A stretch of 64,000 nt of DNA from Rikenellaceae bacterium (GTDB lineage: Bacteria > Bacteroidota > Bacteroidia > Bacteroidales > Rikenellaceae). The position numbers and the translations under genes are program-made. Of this stretch, positions 39,150 to 50,063 are shown piece by piece (position 1 is the stretch's first letter; each line of letters starts with the position of its first letter). Location of the stretch: NCBI GenBank assembly GCA_031549665.1, contig JAVBPJ010000010.1:5671-69670 (forward strand), read 5' to 3'. The notes under the pieces were generated by a model. It saw only the letters and a list, made by a program, of their open reading frames with translations. It was not told the origin of the DNA and did no database searches.

Positions 39150-40547
39150 TTAGTTCATCAGGGCCTTTTCGATCTCTTCGACGGTACGGCGCACCACTTT
39201 GTCGGTTTCGATGAGGTTCGAGATGGTTTTGCAGGCGTGCAGCACGGTGGCGTGATTTTTTCCGCCGAGCGCTCCGCCGATAGCCGTCAGGGGCGCTTTC
39301 GTGTAGTTTTTGCAGAGGTACATGACGATTTGGCGTGCCTGGGCCACTTCGCGCGTCCGTTTGGCGGAGGTGAGGATCGACTGGTCGATTTTCAACATCT
39401 TGCACACCAGGTCGATGATCGAGGCGACGGTTACTTCGCGGGTTTCGATCTTGACGATGTCGCGCATGACGCTTTTGGTCAGTTCGAGGGTGATTTCCCG
39501 TCCCAGCAGGCGCGAATGGGCTTCGAGCGAGGTGAGGGCCCCTTCGATTTCGCGCACGTTGGCGCGGATGTGGTGGGCCAGGAACTGCACCACCGAGTCG
39601 TCGACCGACAGTCCCATTCGGCGGCATTTGTGGCGGATGATGGCCATTTTGGTGGGCTGGTCGGGCGGAGAGAGCTGCGCCGAGAGTCCCCATTTGAATC
39701 GGGTGATGAGCCGTTCTTCGATGTCGGCCAGTTCAACAGGCGGGCGGTCGGAGGTGAGGATCAGCTGCTTGCCCAACATGCGCAGGTGGCTGAAAATGTT
39801 GAAGAAGATGTTCTGCGTGCCGGGTTTGCCCGCGAACTCCTGGATGTCGTCCAAGATCAGCACGTCGATCATTTGGTAGAACTGGATGAAGTCGTTCAGT
39901 TCACCGCGCCAGGCAGCTGTCTGGAATTGGTTTTGAAAGCGGTTGGCGCTCACGTAGAGAACGCGACACTCGGGGTCGCGCTCCTTGATGGCCAGTCCGA
40001 TGGCTTGGGCGATATGGGTTTTTCCGAGGCCCGACCCGCCGTAGATGAACAGGGGGTTGAACGAGGTTTTCCCCGGCGCTACACTGATCGATATGCCTGC
40101 CGAGCGGGCCAGCCGGTTGCAGTCGCCTTCGACGAAGTTTTCGAAGCTCAGTTCGGGGCTGAGTTGCGGGTCGAAAGCGATTTTTTTGATCCCCGGAATA
40201 ACAAAGGGATTTTTGATGGTGCTGGTGTCGGTTTGGGTATAGATACCCTGGGTGGCGCTCACCGATTGCGGAGCGGGCGTGGGCTGCGGCACGGCGTAAT
40301 GGAGGCGGGTTTTGAGGCCGAACTCCTCGCGGATGATGGGGCGCAGCAGGCCGATGTAGTGCTGTTCGATGTACAGCACGTGGTTTTGGTCGGGAACGCG
40401 CATGCGCAGGTTTTCGCCGTCGAAGCTCAATGGCACCATCGGCTTGAACCATTTGACGAACTCCTCGTCCGAGGTTTGACCTTTGATCAAACTCAGACAG
40501 TGCTGCCAAATCGCTTGGTAGTTGATATCCTGCTGTTGCGTATTCAT
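39150..40547 (-). CDS. dnaA: Chromosomal replication initiator DnaA
   Basis: FENFVEG, NPLFIYGGSGLGKTH, LILDDIQ, TSDRPP, NVREIEG, RQIVMYL, GGKNHATVLHA. Confidence 0.97.
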   Translation of the reverse strand: MNTQQQDINYQAIWQHCLSLIKGQTSDEEFVKWFKPMVPLSFDGENLRMRVPDQNHVLYIEQHYIGLLRPIIREEFGLKTRLHYAVPQPTPAPQSVSATQGIYTQTDTSTIKNPFVIPGIKKIAFDPQLSPELSFENFVEGDCNRLARSAGISISVAPGKTSFNPLFIYGGSGLGKTHIAQAIGLAIKERDPECRVLYVSANRFQNQFQTAAWRGELNDFIQFYQMIDVLILDDIQEFAGKPGTQNIFFNIFSHLRMLGKQLILTSDRPPVELADIEERLITRFKWGLSAQLSPPDQPTKMAIIRHKCRRMGLSVDDSVVQFLAHHIRANVREIEGALTSLEAHSRLLGREITLELTKSVMRDIVKIETREVTVASIIDLVCKMLKIDQSILTSAKRTREVAQARQIVMYLCKNYTKAPLTAIGGALGGKNHATVLHACKTISNLIETDKVVRRTVEEIEKALMN

Positions 40548-40695
40548 TGGTGGGTTTGGGCGTCTGGGCGGATCTTTCCGAAAAAACCGAAATTCCCAGG
40601 GGTAATCCCGACTGCAAAAGTGAAGAATAAAATGGAATAAAAAAAGCCCCGCGAGGTTGTTTTTTCAGATAGTTTTTCTATGTGCTTTTTAGGCC

Positions 40696-40704
40696 TTTGG
40701 ATAA
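40696..40704. promoter_or_regulatory. Single DnaA-box-like 9-mer upstream of dnaA
   Basis: TTTGGATAA, one mismatch to TGTGGATAA. Confidence 0.35.
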
Positions 40705-40956
40705 CTCATTAAACCGTCAACCGATTACTGAGAAATAGGTGAATCGAAATTTCATATAAATCGATTAAATGGCTGAACCTCAAAATATAAAAATGATCGA
40801 AATCGCATAGAATCGCACCGGCAAAGGGATTGGCGAGAAAGCGAAATTTATCGAAAACTGATTGTCGCTTCCCGGTGGTTTTTTCGGTTTCGGAACCGCG
40901 AAAAAATCCTGTTTAAAGTCCCGCTGAAAAGGGGCTTGAAAATAGAGAAAAAAGCG

Positions 40957-40964
40957 TAAATTTG
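40957..40964 (+). promoter_or_regulatory. -7 promoter element of pgm operon
   Basis: TAAATTTG with TTG at 40936. Confidence 0.65.
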
Positions 40965-41004
40965 TGGGGACAAAAGAGGTGTGTTCACATAAATAAAAAC
41001 AGCC

Positions 41005-42744
41005 ATGATTCAGATAGATCCCCTGGTGATGCAGCGTGCCCAGCAGTGGCTCGACGGCGCCTATGACGAAGCGACAAAAGCCGCCGTACGCAAAATGGTG
41101 GAGGAAGACCCCAAAGAGTTGACCGAGTCCTTTTACCAGACCCTTGCGTTTGGAACCGGCGGCCTGCGCGGCATCATGGGGCCGGGCACCAACCGGATGA
41201 ACATCTATACCGTGGGTATGGCTACCCAGGGATTGGCCAATTACCTGAAAAAGAGCTTTGCCGGGCAACCGATCAAAGTGGCCATTGCGCACGACTGCCG
41301 CAACAACAGCCCGCTGTTCGCCAAAACCACCGCCGACGTGTTCGCCGCCAACGGCTTTACCGTATACCTGTTCGATTCGCTGCGTCCGACGCCCGAATTG
41401 AGCTTCGCCATCCGTCGGCTGGGATGCATGAGCGGAGTGGTGGTTACCGCGTCGCACAACCCCAAAGAGTACAACGGCTACAAGGCCTACTGGAACGACG
41501 GCGCACAGGTAACCGCCCCGCACGATACGAACATCATCGAAGAGGTCAACCGGATCACCGACATCCAGCAGGTACATTACCGCGGCGGCGAAGGAAATAT
41601 CGTGATGATCAGCGAAGAGGTGGACCGTCCCTACCTGGAAATGGTGGCCGGACTCTCCCTGTCGCCCGAAGCCGTGAAGGCGCACAGCCAGATGAAAATC
41701 GTCTATACCCCCATTCACGGCACCGGCGTGAAGCTGGTTCCGGCGGCGCTCGAACGCTGCGGGTTCAAGCATGTGATCCACGTTCCCGAACAGGATGTCA
41801 ACGACGGCAACTTCCCCACGGTAATCTCGCCCAACCCCGAAGAGGCCTCGGCCCTGAAAATGGCGCTGGACAAGGCCCGTGAAACGGGCGCCGACCTGGT
41901 GCTGGCCACCGACCCCGACGCCGACCGGATCGGCGTGGCCGTCCCCGACGGAAAGGGCGACTACCAGTTGTTGAACGGAAACCAAACCGCCTCGCTGCTC
42001 ACCTACTACCTGGTGCGGCGCTGGAGCGAACTGGGGCGGCTTACGGGCAAGGAATACATCGTTAAAACCATTGTTACCAGCGAATTGATAGCCCGAATCG
42101 CCCAAGGCTACGGGGTGGAGTACTACGACGTGCTGACCGGGTTCAAATACATTGCCGAAGTGATTCGCGCCAACGAAGGCAAAAAAACCTTCATCGGCGG
42201 CGGCGAAGAGAGCTACGGCTACATGGTGGGAGATGCCGTGCGCGACAAGGATGCCATTTCGGCCGCCGTTACCATCGCCGAGTGCGCCGCCTGGGCCGCT
42301 TCGCGCGGGATGAAACAAGGGCTGCTCGACCTGCTCAAGGAGATCTACCTCCAATTCGGTTTCTTCAAGGAAGGATTGGTGTCGGTAGTCCGCAAAGGCA
42401 TGGACGGGCAGGCCGAAATCCGCCAAATGATGGCCGATTTCCGGAGCAATCCCCCCAAAACCATTTGCGGATCGGCGGTGGTGGAGGTGCGCGACTTCCA
42501 GCAACAGATCAAAACCGTCCGCGGCCAACAACAACCGATCGAAGGATTCGAGCAATCGAATGTACTGCAGTTTCTTACCGAAGACAGCACCATCGTTTCG
42601 GTACGCCCCTCGGGAACCGAACCTAAAATCAAGTTCTATTTCGGCGTACGCGAGGAGTTGAACGATCCCGCCCTGTACGATCAGGTGAACCGGCAGCTCG
42701 ATGCCAAAATCGAACGGATGAAAAAAGAGCTTAATTTGCAATAA
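41005..42744 (+). CDS. pgm: Phosphoglucomutase/phosphomannomutase
   Basis: FGTGGLRG, TASHNP, DPDADR, GEESYG, RPSGTEPKIKFY. Confidence 0.95.
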   Translation: MIQIDPLVMQRAQQWLDGAYDEATKAAVRKMVEEDPKELTESFYQTLAFGTGGLRGIMGPGTNRMNIYTVGMATQGLANYLKKSFAGQPIKVAIAHDCRNNSPLFAKTTADVFAANGFTVYLFDSLRPTPELSFAIRRLGCMSGVVVTASHNPKEYNGYKAYWNDGAQVTAPHDTNIIEEVNRITDIQQVHYRGGEGNIVMISEEVDRPYLEMVAGLSLSPEAVKAHSQMKIVYTPIHGTGVKLVPAALERCGFKHVIHVPEQDVNDGNFPTVISPNPEEASALKMALDKARETGADLVLATDPDADRIGVAVPDGKGDYQLLNGNQTASLLTYYLVRRWSELGRLTGKEYIVKTIVTSELIARIAQGYGVEYYDVLTGFKYIAEVIRANEGKKTFIGGGEESYGYMVGDAVRDKDAISAAVTIAECAAWAASRGMKQGLLDLLKEIYLQFGFFKEGLVSVVRKGMDGQAEIRQMMADFRSNPPKTICGSAVVEVRDFQQQIKTVRGQQQPIEGFEQSNVLQFLTEDSTIVSVRPSGTEPKIKFYFGVREELNDPALYDQVNRQLDAKIERMKKELNLQ

Positions 42745-43518
42745 ATGAAAGGCCGGTTGAGATTAACCTTTTTAGGGACTGGGACCTCGCAGGGGACGCC
42801 CGTAATCGGGTGCCATTGTCCGGTGTGCGAGTCGAGAGACACGCGCGATAACCGCCTGCGCGCATCGGTATTGGTTGAAGTGGACGGATTGAAAATCGTA
42901 ATCGATACGGGACCCGATTTTCGTCAACAGCTTCTGCGTGAGGAAATTGACACGATCGATGCGGTGTTCTACACGCACGAACACAAAGACCATACGGGCG
43001 GGATGGACGACATCCGCGCCCTGAACTACACCAGCGGGCGGCCCATCGATCTCTATTGCGAAAAACGGGTAGAGCAGGTGCTGCGGAAGGACTACGACTA
43101 CGCGTTTTCCGTTCCCAGGTACCCCGGGGCTCCCGAAGTGAAAATTCACACCATTACCGAAAATCCTTTCTGGATCGACAATACCGAAATCATTCCTGTT
43201 CGGGGCATGCACCACAACCTTCCCGTGCTGGGATTTCGCATTGGAGACCTTTGTTACCTGACCGACATGAATCAAATTCCCGACCAGGAGTTCGCCAAAT
43301 TCGAGGGGGTTGAGGTTCTGATAATAAACGCGTTAAGGGAAGAAGAACACCTGTCCCACTTTGCACTTTGCGAGGCGGTTTCCATCGCTCGTCGGGCCAA
43401 TGTCGTCGAGACCTACCTCACGCACGTTTCCCATCAAATGGGCCGGTACAAAAAAGTGTTGAGCAAACTGCCCGGCAACGTTTACCTTGCCTACGACGGG
43501 CTGCAAATCGAATTATAG
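42745..43518 (+). CDS. MBL-fold metallohydrolase (PhnP-like)
   Basis: FLGTGTS, IDTGPDFR, THEHKDH, THVSH, AYDG. Confidence 0.9.
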   Translation: MKGRLRLTFLGTGTSQGTPVIGCHCPVCESRDTRDNRLRASVLVEVDGLKIVIDTGPDFRQQLLREEIDTIDAVFYTHEHKDHTGGMDDIRALNYTSGRPIDLYCEKRVEQVLRKDYDYAFSVPRYPGAPEVKIHTITENPFWIDNTEIIPVRGMHHNLPVLGFRIGDLCYLTDMNQIPDQEFAKFEGVEVLIINALREEEHLSHFALCEAVSIARRANVVETYLTHVSHQMGRYKKVLSKLPGNVYLAYDGLQIEL

Positions 43519-43530
43519 ACAGGCGCGCGA

Positions 43531-44334
43531 ATGGATTACAATGAAAAAGTGGTGATTGTTACCGGCGCCTCGTCGGGGATCGGTCGCGCGTTGGCCGAAG
43601 CTTTCTCGGCCTGCGGAGCCCGCGTGGTGTTGGCCGCCCGGTCGCTCGACAAACTCGTTGAAGTACAGGCCGGACTGCCCAATCCCTCGCTGGCGGTGGA
43701 GTGCGACGTGTCGCAGCAGGAGTCGTGCAAACGCCTGGTGGAACAGGCCGTGGAACGGTTCGGCGGGGTCGATATCCTGATCAACAACGCGGGACTTTCG
43801 ATGCGCGCCCTGTTCGATGAGGTCGACCTGGACGTGTTGAAACGGTTGATGGAAGTCAATTTCTGGGGGACGGTCTACTGCACCAGGTACGCGTTGCCTT
43901 ACATCCAGCAGCGGCGGGGGTCGATCGTCGGCATTTCGTCGGTGGCAGGATTCCACGGACTTCCCGGCCGGACCGGTTATTCCGCCTCGAAATACGCCAT
44001 GCACGGCCTGTTGGAGACCGTACGGATCGAAAACCTGAAAAAAAGAGTGCATGTGATGCTCGTAGCCCCCGGATTTACCGCTTCGAACGTCCGTTTATCC
44101 GCCCTTACCTCCGACGGCACCGCTCAGGGAGCATCGCCCCGCGAAGAGGGTAAAATGATGACCGCGGAAGAGGTTGCCCGCCGCATATTGCGGGCCATCC
44201 GCCGGAGAAAACGCACCCTGCTGATGGATTTCGACGGACGGGCCACCGTGTTGATCAAGAAATTTTGCCCCGCATTGCTCGATCGCCTGTTTTACAACCA
44301 CATGGCCAAGGAGCCCGATTCGCCGTTGAAATAA
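43531..44334 (+). CDS. SDR oxidoreductase
   Basis: TGASSGIG, NNAG, YSASK. Confidence 0.9.
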   Translation: MDYNEKVVIVTGASSGIGRALAEAFSACGARVVLAARSLDKLVEVQAGLPNPSLAVECDVSQQESCKRLVEQAVERFGGVDILINNAGLSMRALFDEVDLDVLKRLMEVNFWGTVYCTRYALPYIQQRRGSIVGISSVAGFHGLPGRTGYSASKYAMHGLLETVRIENLKKRVHVMLVAPGFTASNVRLSALTSDGTAQGASPREEGKMMTAEEVARRILRAIRRRKRTLLMDFDGRATVLIKKFCPALLDRLFYNHMAKEPDSPLK

Positions 44335-44398
44335 AGCGGTTTACGACCTGGGAACGACCCATTTACAGAGCTATTTACAGCCACTCACAGCAAACAAG

Positions 44399-44851
44399 AT
44401 GCAAGTAAACGATACCGCCCCCCTGTTCGAGGGGATCGATCAAAACGAACAACCGATCCGACTGGCCGATTTTCGCGGCAAGAAAGTGATCCTCTATTTC
44501 TACCCCAAGGACAGCACTCCGGGCTGCACGGCCGAAGCCTGTTCGTTGCGCGACGGCTATTCCGAACTGCTCCGGCTGGGATTCGTCGTGATCGGGGTGA
44601 GCGGCGATAGCCCCAAATCGCACCAAAAATTCATTGCCAACCACAAATTGCCCTTTTCCCTTGTGGCCGACACCGACCACGCCATCGCCCTGGCCTACGG
44701 CACCTGGGGCGAGAAAAAGTTCATGGGGCGCACCTACACGGGAATGATCCGTAAAACATTTGTAATCAACGAAGAGGGTCGAATCGAACGCATCTTCGAA
44801 AAGGTAAACACCCTCCGGCATTTCGACCAAATCGTTGAGTCGTACCGCTAA
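44399..44851 (+). CDS. bcp: Peroxiredoxin Bcp
   Basis: LYFYPKDSTPGCTAEAC. Confidence 0.93.
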   Translation: MQVNDTAPLFEGIDQNEQPIRLADFRGKKVILYFYPKDSTPGCTAEACSLRDGYSELLRLGFVVIGVSGDSPKSHQKFIANHKLPFSLVADTDHAIALAYGTWGEKKFMGRTYTGMIRKTFVINEEGRIERIFEKVNTLRHFDQIVESYR

Positions 44852-44881
44852 TCAGTTCACAAAACCCCCACACATACAACC

Positions 44882-45916
44882 ATGGCAGACGAAAAAAAAG
44901 CCCCCAAAACCAAACCCGAAATTCCGGCCGAAAAACTCAAAGTGCTTCAGGCCGCCATCGATAAACTCGAAAAAGACTACGGCAAGGGAACCATCATGCG
45001 GATGAGCGACCGTCCCGTGGCCGACGTTCCCGTAATCTCGTCCGGATCGATCGGCCTGGACAGCGCCCTGGGCATCGGCGGCTACCCCAAAGGCCGCATC
45101 GTTGAGATTTATGGTCCCGAATCGTCGGGGAAAACCACCCTGGCCATCCATGCCATTGCCGAAGCCCAAAAAGCCGGAGGCATTGCCGCCATCATCGACG
45201 CCGAACATGCCTTCGACCGCTTTTACGCCGAAAAACTGGGCGTGGACGTGGACAACCTGCTCATCTCGCAGCCCGACAACGGGGAGCAAGCCCTTGAAAT
45301 CGTCGACCACCTGATCCGTTCGAGCGCCGTCGACGTGGTGGTGATCGACTCGGTGGCCGCCCTGACCCCCAAGTCCGAAATCGAAGGCGAGATGGGCGAG
45401 GCCAAAGTGGGCCTGCAGGCCCGTTTGATGTCGCAAGCCCTGCGCAAACTCACCTCGAGCATCAGCAAAACGAACACCTTGTGCATCTTTATCAACCAGT
45501 TGCGCGAAAAAATCGGGGTTATGTTCGGCAATCCCGAAACCACCACCGGCGGGAACGCCCTGAAATTCTACGCCTCGATCCGGATCGACGTTCGCAAAGG
45601 AACCGCCCTCAAGGACGGCGAAGAGGCCACCGGAAACCGCACCAAGGTGAAAATCGTTAAAAACAAGATGGCCCCGCCGTTCAAAAAAACCGAATTCGAC
45701 ATCGTTTTTGGCGAGGGGATCTCGAAAGTGGGCGAAATCATCGACATCGGCGTCGAGAGCGGGCTGATCAAAAAAAGCGGCTCGTGGTTCTCGTACGGCG
45801 ATCAGAAACTGGGGCAGGGGAGAGACGCCGTGAAGGCCGCCCTGCTCGAAAATCCAGCCCTGGCCGACGAACTCGAAACCAAAGTACGCCAGCAGCTTGC
45901 CAAGTCCAACGGCTGA
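44882..45916 (+). CDS. recA: Recombinase RecA
   Basis: [36 protein letters not shown]. Confidence 0.98.
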   Translation: MADEKKAPKTKPEIPAEKLKVLQAAIDKLEKDYGKGTIMRMSDRPVADVPVISSGSIGLDSALGIGGYPKGRIVEIYGPESSGKTTLAIHAIAEAQKAGGIAAIIDAEHAFDRFYAEKLGVDVDNLLISQPDNGEQALEIVDHLIRSSAVDVVVIDSVAALTPKSEIEGEMGEAKVGLQARLMSQALRKLTSSISKTNTLCIFINQLREKIGVMFGNPETTTGGNALKFYASIRIDVRKGTALKDGEEATGNRTKVKIVKNKMAPPFKKTEFDIVFGEGISKVGEIIDIGVESGLIKKSGSWFSYGDQKLGQGRDAVKAALLENPALADELETKVRQQLAKSNG

Positions 45917-45943
45917 TAACGGGCGTTTAAAAACAACATCGAT

Positions 45944-45980
45944 AAACGGGCCGGCTACTGATCGAAAGAGCGGCCCGTTT
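45944..45980 (+). terminator. Probable terminator after recA
   Basis: AAACGGGCCG...CGGCCCGTTT stem. Confidence 0.6.
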
Positions 45981-46039
45981 GCCGTAAGGCGGTAAATCGT
46001 CGAAAAAATAACTACCTTAGGGCTTGAAATTGCCCCGCT

Positions 46040-48286
46040 ATGGCCGACGAAATTCACACCAAAGAGCAGAACGAAAAAGACGACCAACTGGTTCAGGCGC
46101 AGTTCGACGAACTGTTCGAACGTTGTGCGCCCATCTGCCACGGCCAGGAGGATTACGACCGCATCCGGCAGGCGTTCCAGTTTGCCAACGAAGCGCACCG
46201 GGGGGTCAAACGCCGCTCGGGCGAACCCTACATCACCCATCCGCTGGCGGTGGCCCGGATCGTGGTGGTCGAGATCGGCCTCGGCGTGAAATCCGTGCTG
46301 GCGGCCCTGCTGCACGACGTGGTGGAGGACACCGACTACACGGTCGAAGACATTGAACACCATTTTGGAGCCAAAGTGGCCTCGATGGTGGACGGGCTGA
46401 CCAAGCTGGAGGGGGCCTTTTCGCAAGATATTTCGCAACAGGCCGAGAACTTCCGTAAAATGCTGCTCACCCTGTCGGACGACATCCGGGTGGTGCTGAT
46501 CAAAATCGCCGACCGGCTGCACAACATGCGCACGCTGGGTTCGGTGTCGCGGCACAAGCAGATGAAAATCGCCTCGGAGACCATTTACCTGTTCGCTCCG
46601 CTGGCCCATCGCCTGGGCCTGTACGCCATCAAGACCGAGTTCGAGAACCTGAGCCTGAAGTACCGTTTCCCGGAGGAGTACGACGAAATTGAGCGCAAAT
46701 TGGCCGAGACCGAAAGTCAGCGGACGCAGTTTATCGAAAAGTTCGCCCCGCCGCTGATCGCCAAACTCAAGGAAAACAACATCGAATTCGAGCTGTCGGA
46801 ACGGGTAAAGTCGATCTACTCGGTCTGGAAAAAGATGAAACAGAAACAGGTTACGTTCGAAGAGATCTACGACCTGTTCGCCATCCGGATCGTCTTTAAG
46901 CCCTCGCCGCTGATCCCCGAAAAGTCGCAATGCTGGCACATTTACTCGCTGATTACCGACGTGTACAAGCCCAAGCCAGACCGGATCCGGGACTGGGTAA
47001 ATATCCCGAAAGCCAATGGATACGAGGCTCTTCACTGCACCGTGATGGGGCCGGAAGGTATTTGGGCCGAAGTGCAGATCCGTTCGGAGCGGATGGACGA
47101 AATCGCCGAACGGGGCTTTGCGGCGCACTGGAAGTACAAATCGAGCAAGGAGGGAACGGGGTCGAACAGCGACAACGAACTCGATCAATGGCTCGCCAAG
47201 CTGCGCGAGGTACTCAACAACCCCACCGAGGACGCCGTGGAGTTTATGGACAACTTCAAGATGAACCTGCAGGTGTCCGAAATTGTGCTGTTTACCCCCA
47301 GCGGCGAGTCGCGTACCCTTCCGAAAGGCGCGACGGTGCTGGATTTTGCCTACGAAATCCACTCCAAAATCGGGAATCATGCCATCGGGGCCAAGGTGAA
47401 CTACAAAATCACCCCGCTGTACGAAGAACTCCACACCGGCGACCAGATCGAGATACTCACCTCGCACAACGCCCACCCGCAAGTGGAGTGGCTCGACCAC
47501 GTAACCACCGCCAAGGCGCGAACCCACATCAAGCAGTTCCTCAAAAAAGAGAATGCGGGGAACGTGCAGCGTGGCCAGGAAATCCTCGACGCCACGATGA
47601 GACAACTTGGTATTCCGTTGCAAGCCAGGGTTTTCCGAAAGCTCCTTCCGGCCTATCACTGCTCGAACAAGGGCGAATTTTACAGCAAACTCGGCGCGGG
47701 GATCATCAAACTCGAAGGAGTCGAAAAAATCCTGAAACAGAACGCCGCCAATAAGATCATCAAGTACTGGACGCTCCAGTTCTCCAATACGTTCCGCCTG
47801 TTGGGCAACGACGACAAAAAGAAGCAGCGCAGCCAGGAAAAAGCCGCCTCGCCCGAGTACAAATACGTCATGGCGCAGTGCTGCAACCCCATTCCGGGCG
47901 ACGAGGTGATCGGATTCAGGGTCGAGGACGACAAGGTGGAGGTACACAAAAAGAACTGCCACAACGCCGTGAAACTGTCGGCCCAACACGGCGATCGCAT
48001 CGTTCCCGCCAAGTGGTCGAGCGAAAAAATCATGTCCTACCTGGCCGTTATCGAAATCCGCGGCATCGACCGCATCGGCATCCTGTACGACGTATCGAAG
48101 GTGGTAAGCGGTGAACTGAACGTGAATATCAGGGAGTTGCACGTACACAGCCACGACGGGATATTTCAGGGAACCATCAGCCTGTATGTGCGGAGCAGCG
48201 ACGACCTGAAGCTGATTATGGAAAAAGTCAAGGCCATCAAGGGCATCGAAAAGGTAAATCGGGCCGAAGCTCCGGAGGTAGATTAA
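46040..48286 (+). CDS. relA: Long RelA/SpoT (p)ppGpp synthetase/hydrolase
   Basis: SGEPYITHP, LLHDVVED (HD intact), ADRLHNMRTL, KANGYEALH, EVQIR, TGS (DFAYEIH), CCNPIPGD, ACT. Confidence 0.95.
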   Translation: MADEIHTKEQNEKDDQLVQAQFDELFERCAPICHGQEDYDRIRQAFQFANEAHRGVKRRSGEPYITHPLAVARIVVVEIGLGVKSVLAALLHDVVEDTDYTVEDIEHHFGAKVASMVDGLTKLEGAFSQDISQQAENFRKMLLTLSDDIRVVLIKIADRLHNMRTLGSVSRHKQMKIASETIYLFAPLAHRLGLYAIKTEFENLSLKYRFPEEYDEIERKLAETESQRTQFIEKFAPPLIAKLKENNIEFELSERVKSIYSVWKKMKQKQVTFEEIYDLFAIRIVFKPSPLIPEKSQCWHIYSLITDVYKPKPDRIRDWVNIPKANGYEALHCTVMGPEGIWAEVQIRSERMDEIAERGFAAHWKYKSSKEGTGSNSDNELDQWLAKLREVLNNPTEDAVEFMDNFKMNLQVSEIVLFTPSGESRTLPKGATVLDFAYEIHSKIGNHAIGAKVNYKITPLYEELHTGDQIEILTSHNAHPQVEWLDHVTTAKARTHIKQFLKKENAGNVQRGQEILDATMRQLGIPLQARVFRKLLPAYHCSNKGEFYSKLGAGIIKLEGVEKILKQNAANKIIKYWTLQFSNTFRLLGNDDKKKQRSQEKAASPEYKYVMAQCCNPIPGDEVIGFRVEDDKVEVHKKNCHNAVKLSAQHGDRIVPAKWSSEKIMSYLAVIEIRGIDRIGILYDVSKVVSGELNVNIRELHVHSHDGIFQGTISLYVRSSDDLKLIMEKVKAIKGIEKVNRAEAPEVD

Positions 48287-48297
48287 CACAACGAACT

Positions 48298-48762
48298 ATG
48301 GGCGTTTTCTTTGTTCAACTGTTGGTATTTGTGGTGCTGATTCTCTACGCGGTTCGCAAGGGAGCGCGCCGCCGCGCGGAGCAACACGAGAACTTTCCGC
48401 TGCCGAAGAACACGCGCCACGCGGAGCAGTACGAAAACTTTCCGTTCCCCAAACAGGGAGCGAATCGTCCGATCCTTGCCGGCGACTCTCCGGATTTCCC
48501 CGAGTCGTCCGACCCTCACCGAGAATTTCAGCCACAGGCAGCCGTTCGTTCCGAAAAATCGTCTCATCGGAAGAAAGGGCAGGAACGGTCCCTCGACCGT
48601 CCTTCGGCGGAAGAGGGAATACGGGTAACCGACTCTTTCGACTCGGATACACACCTGTCTGCCGCCGAGGAATCCCGCGAGGGGATTCATGTGGATCTTC
48701 CCATGGCGGTGATTTACAGCGAAATACTTCGTCCCAAGTTCAAGGACGACGAATGGACATAG
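48298..48762 (+). CDS. Hypothetical membrane-anchored protein
   Basis: N-terminal TM, disordered middle with 15-aa tandem duplication, C-terminal AVIYSEILRPK. Confidence 0.65.
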   Translation: MGVFFVQLLVFVVLILYAVRKGARRRAEQHENFPLPKNTRHAEQYENFPFPKQGANRPILAGDSPDFPESSDPHREFQPQAAVRSEKSSHRKKGQERSLDRPSAEEGIRVTDSFDSDTHLSAAEESREGIHVDLPMAVIYSEILRPKFKDDEWT

Positions 48763-48844
48763 CCCTGCCGTCCGCCCTCTGGGTTCATTTCGGGCCGCGG
48801 ATTCGGCAGAAGAAATCGACACCGTAACCTAAAAATCAATAGCA

Positions 48845-49234
48845 ATGGCATCCATATTCACGCGCATTGTACAGGGCGAGATTCCCTGCTACAAAGTCGC
48901 CGAAAACGACCGCTACCTGGCGTTTCTCGACATTCATCCCCTGACGGAGGGGCACACCCTCGTGATTCCCAAGCAGGAAGTGGACAATTTGTTCGACCTG
49001 GAGCCGGACGTGTTGAGCGGACTGATCCTGTTTTCTCAGGAAGTGGCCCGCCAATTACGCGCTGCGGTTGCCTGCAAGCGAATTGGCCTCGCGGTGATCG
49101 GCCTCGACGTGCCGCACGCGCACATCCACCTGATCCCGATACAAAACAGCGACGACATGAACTTCAACCGTCCCAAGCTGGAACTGACTCCGGATCGATT
49201 CGAAGCGATCCTGCAGCGTATCCGGGCGAAATAG
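48845..49234 (+). CDS. HIT family nucleotide hydrolase
   Basis: IFTRIV, AFLDIHP, GHTLVIPK, HAHIHL histidine triad. Confidence 0.93.
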   Translation: MASIFTRIVQGEIPCYKVAENDRYLAFLDIHPLTEGHTLVIPKQEVDNLFDLEPDVLSGLILFSQEVARQLRAAVACKRIGLAVIGLDVPHAHIHLIPIQNSDDMNFNRPKLELTPDRFEAILQRIRAK

Positions 49235-49256
49235 CCCATAGGTAAGCGTTGTAACC

Positions 49257-49296
49257 GGCAGCGAGGGAGATCGAAATTTCGATCTCCCTCGCTGCC
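49257..49296 (+). terminator. Perfect 40-bp palindrome, probable terminator after HIT gene
   Basis: GGCAGCGAGGGAGATCGAAA plus reverse complement, followed by TTGTTTTT. Confidence 0.75.
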
Positions 49297-50063
49297 TTGT
49301 TTTTCATGTAATCACTTGGTTTCGTGTTGATTATCGAGAATTTGATTCTTCAAGACACCTTTTCCTATTTTACTTTGGTTGTATCATTGCTGATAAATAT
49401 TGACAATAACCCATTCTTACACCCTCCAAGCATGCCCTTGTTTATCTCGGGCCTAGTCTCTATAGGGAGGGTTCGATAAGTTTTATCACTTATTTGCCTC
49501 CTTGGTAGTTCTCTGCTTTGAGTCATGCGAGAAGATCTCGCCTGTTGATTGATCATTTGAACGTGTCGGGATTTTCCGGCAGTCGAGTCGGGCATCGTTT
49601 CGATTTTTAAATGTGGTGGATGTTGAACCGCCACGATCAAAGGTTGTCAAAACAGGTTGGCCGAAAAAATGGATGGGAAGAGATCGGCGAGAGGCGGGAA
49701 AGGAGAGGTGGAATTTCGGGTCAAAAACAGGTCGAAAAATCAAGCATTTTCGGTAGAGTAGGGGTGAGAAGTGTAAATTTACAAATGAAACACGCACAAT
49801 AACCACGCACACAAAATCAATTTTTCATATATGTAAGTATGCTATTTTTCAGCATTTAACATGCGGTTACATAAAGTGTATTTCAATGAATTAAGTTGTC
49901 AATTGCCGATAAACATACATATGAACGATAACCACAACAATAATTAAATCGCAAGTACTGTAATATCAGTCTATTACATGATTTACATGCAAAATTGATT
50001 CGTTAATACGGAAGAGACAGATAAAGCAATGCCATGCCGTAATAGATGACGCGAAGAAGGAAA

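Noticed and set aside
40548-41004. oriC upstream of dnaA
   Set aside because: Only one near-consensus DnaA box seen; divergent promoters explain the gap. Not fully excluded because Bacteroidota boxes may diverge.
3071-45819. GGGNAGGG (KOPS-like) octamers on + pointing toward the dif-like site
   Set aside because: Most fall in minus-strand genes as common Leu-Pro codon pairs, opposite-strand copies exist, and the KOPS motif is not established for this phylum.
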